Below, piece after piece: positions 62,130-64,000 of a stretch of 64,000 nt of DNA. Every line of letters starts with the position of its first letter. Position 1 is the stretch's first letter. The notes under the pieces are model-generated. The model made no database searches. It was not told where the DNA came from and saw only the letters and a list, made by a program, of their open reading frames with translations. Made by a program: the position numbers and the translations under genes. Source of the stretch: Okamejei kenojei (Eukaryota); the NCBI GenBank assembly GCA_035221665.1, contig CM069135.1, positions 65,038,001 through 65,102,000 on the forward strand. Direction: 5' to 3'.

Positions 62130-63275
62130 ATCCAACAAGTTCTACATGTGAGGTCTCGGACACCTTCTCATACCCATCCTTTGACAATGACTTCACAGAC
62201 AAACTCCAGGCCACTATCTGCCAGATGCCTATAAACGCCTCTGGCATCTCCCCTCCACAGGCTCCAACCTTATGGTTCCCCAACCCCATACTGCCAGTTT
62301 CTATCTCCTTCCCAAAGTCTATAAGCAGGACTGCCCTGGCATATGCATTGTTTATGCCGGCTCCTGCCCTAACAAACTTCTCTCCAAATATCTCAATTCT
62401 ATCATCCCAGCTTGTCCAGTCCCTTCGAACCTACATCTGAGTCACCTTACGTACTCTCCAACACTTCAATACTTTCAATTCGTAGGGGGGGCATCGTTTC
62501 ATCTGTACCGGTTCCTTTACATCTCTATTCTCTGCCAGAAACTCCTCAGGGATCTTCTCTGAACGGAGATCCAATCAGTTTCCTTCTACTATCACTCTCC
62601 TCCACCAAGCAGCCTCGTCTTCATCGTTAACACCTTTTCTTTTGACTCCTCTCACCAAGATGAGGCTTTTCACTCTCGGATATCTGAAATGTCCTCTTTC
62701 TTCAGCAAGCATGGATTGCCCCCGCTGTTGTACATAGATCCCTCATCCATGTGTCCTCTGTGTCCCGCAGTTCTATCATCACTCCTCCTCCCCCAGACGG
62801 AACAAGAATAGAATTCCCAGGCCATCATTTTTCACCACCATCCTCTGGAACCAAGACATAATTCTGTGACATTTCCATCACCTTCAATATGTTCCCACCA
62901 CCAGCCACATCTTCTTATCCCCACTCCTTATCACTTTCTGCAGAAATGTTCACTCTCTCCATAACCCCTGGTTCACTTATCCCTTCCCATGCAACCCACC
63001 CCTTTTCCAGTTACTTTCCCCTGCGACCGCTGGAGATGTAACATCTGTCCCTACACCACCTCTCTCACATCCAGCCAGGACCCAGCACCCGTTCCAGGAG
63101 AGATGGAGGTTCACATACACTTCTTCAAACCTCATCTGCTGCATTTGGACTCCTTTACATCGGCGAGACCAAGCATAGACTAGGTGACAATTTCACCGAA
63201 CACATACTCTGTCTCCCAAGGCCTATTGGATCTACCAATTGATAACTCTTTTAACTCCCCTCCCCATCCCTCAAG
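62130..63275 (+). mobile_element. Degraded Penelope-like element: RT and GIY-YIG remnants
   Basis: ASFYLLPKVYKQDCPG, LVQSLRTYI, PCDRWRCNICPY, YIGETK (TACATCGGCGAGACCAAG). Confidence 0.85.
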
Positions 63276-64000
63276 TACAGCTACCTCTAATTTCACTGGA
63301 GACAAAATGGAGGATGGATAACAAGCCCAATCCCAAAAGGTGAGCTGGCAATTTATTTTTTATAATGAGAGATTCTGTCTTGGATTTAAGGTCTTGTTTA
63401 AATTTAGATCCGGCTAGATCATTATCCCAGGACTGTCTCAAGAACCCCAATGCTAAAGGGGTAGGGAGCAACAATGACTGGATGCAGAAAATGTTGGGTC
63501 TAACCCATTTGCTTCAACCCTTCCTCCTCCTTCCCTCCTCCTCCTCTCTTCACCATCAGATGTCAGACCCATGGCCCCCACCCCAACCCGAATCAGCCAT
63601 TTACATCCCTCCCTCCAACTGTATTCCCCAGCACTGGCCTCTGACCTCTGTCCATCTCTTCTGATTTCCAATCATATCCCCAGCATCAAACATTGATAGA
63701 GAGCAACATTTCCAACTTGCTTCAGATGAATTAAAAAATCATATATGAAGCACAGCGTTATTGCCTCTTTTTGGACTACATTACTACTGGCATATGATAT
63801 GCATATTTATAACGTTTAGCATCATTAACATGCATTATCAGTTAGACAGTTCAGCGAAGTGGTAAATTTGAATAATGGCAACATTTTCTGCTTGGATGGA
63901 TATTTTCCCAGTAAAATCAGATGCAGATTAGCAAAAGTTGTTATCTTGTTGCTCCACCAGTCACTGAGTAATGCTACTGACAGAACACAATCCAAAGAGA

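Overview
This is eukaryotic, repeat-dominated intronic or intergenic DNA. The SINE/LINE repertoire (HE1-like V-SINEs, CR1/HER1-like LINEs, Penelope-like elements) points to a cartilaginous fish, probably a skate or ray (inference). No host gene can be identified with confidence, and there is no CRISPR array or prokaryotic system. The main content is: (1) three independent DIRS1-type tyrosine-recombinase retrotransposons (5400-10175 +, 15710-22142 -, 35751-40638 -), each with inverted termini, an internal complementary region (ICR) and a duplicated ATT core, encoding gag, RT/RNase H, a Dam-like methyltransferase and a tyrosine recombinase; (2) a full-length CR1 LINE (54051-58334) with a 13-bp TSD and an esterase-type ORF1, plus many CR1 fragments; (3) two Gypsy remnants; (4) Penelope-like fragments with degenerate hammerhead-ribozyme cores; (5) non-autonomous DNA transposons (Harbinger-like, hAT-like, Tc2-like, probable Helitron), including a three-level nest; (6) a GC-rich non-autonomous retroposon family with interchangeable 3' tails; (7) an isolated 28S rRNA fragment; (8) a 143-N assembly gap. 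I found no system I can call demonstrably new. The best leads are the possibly intact youngest DIRS copy, splice signals conserved in the DIRS termini, and the modular retroposon family. All family assignments come from motif recognition by eye; no database search was run.
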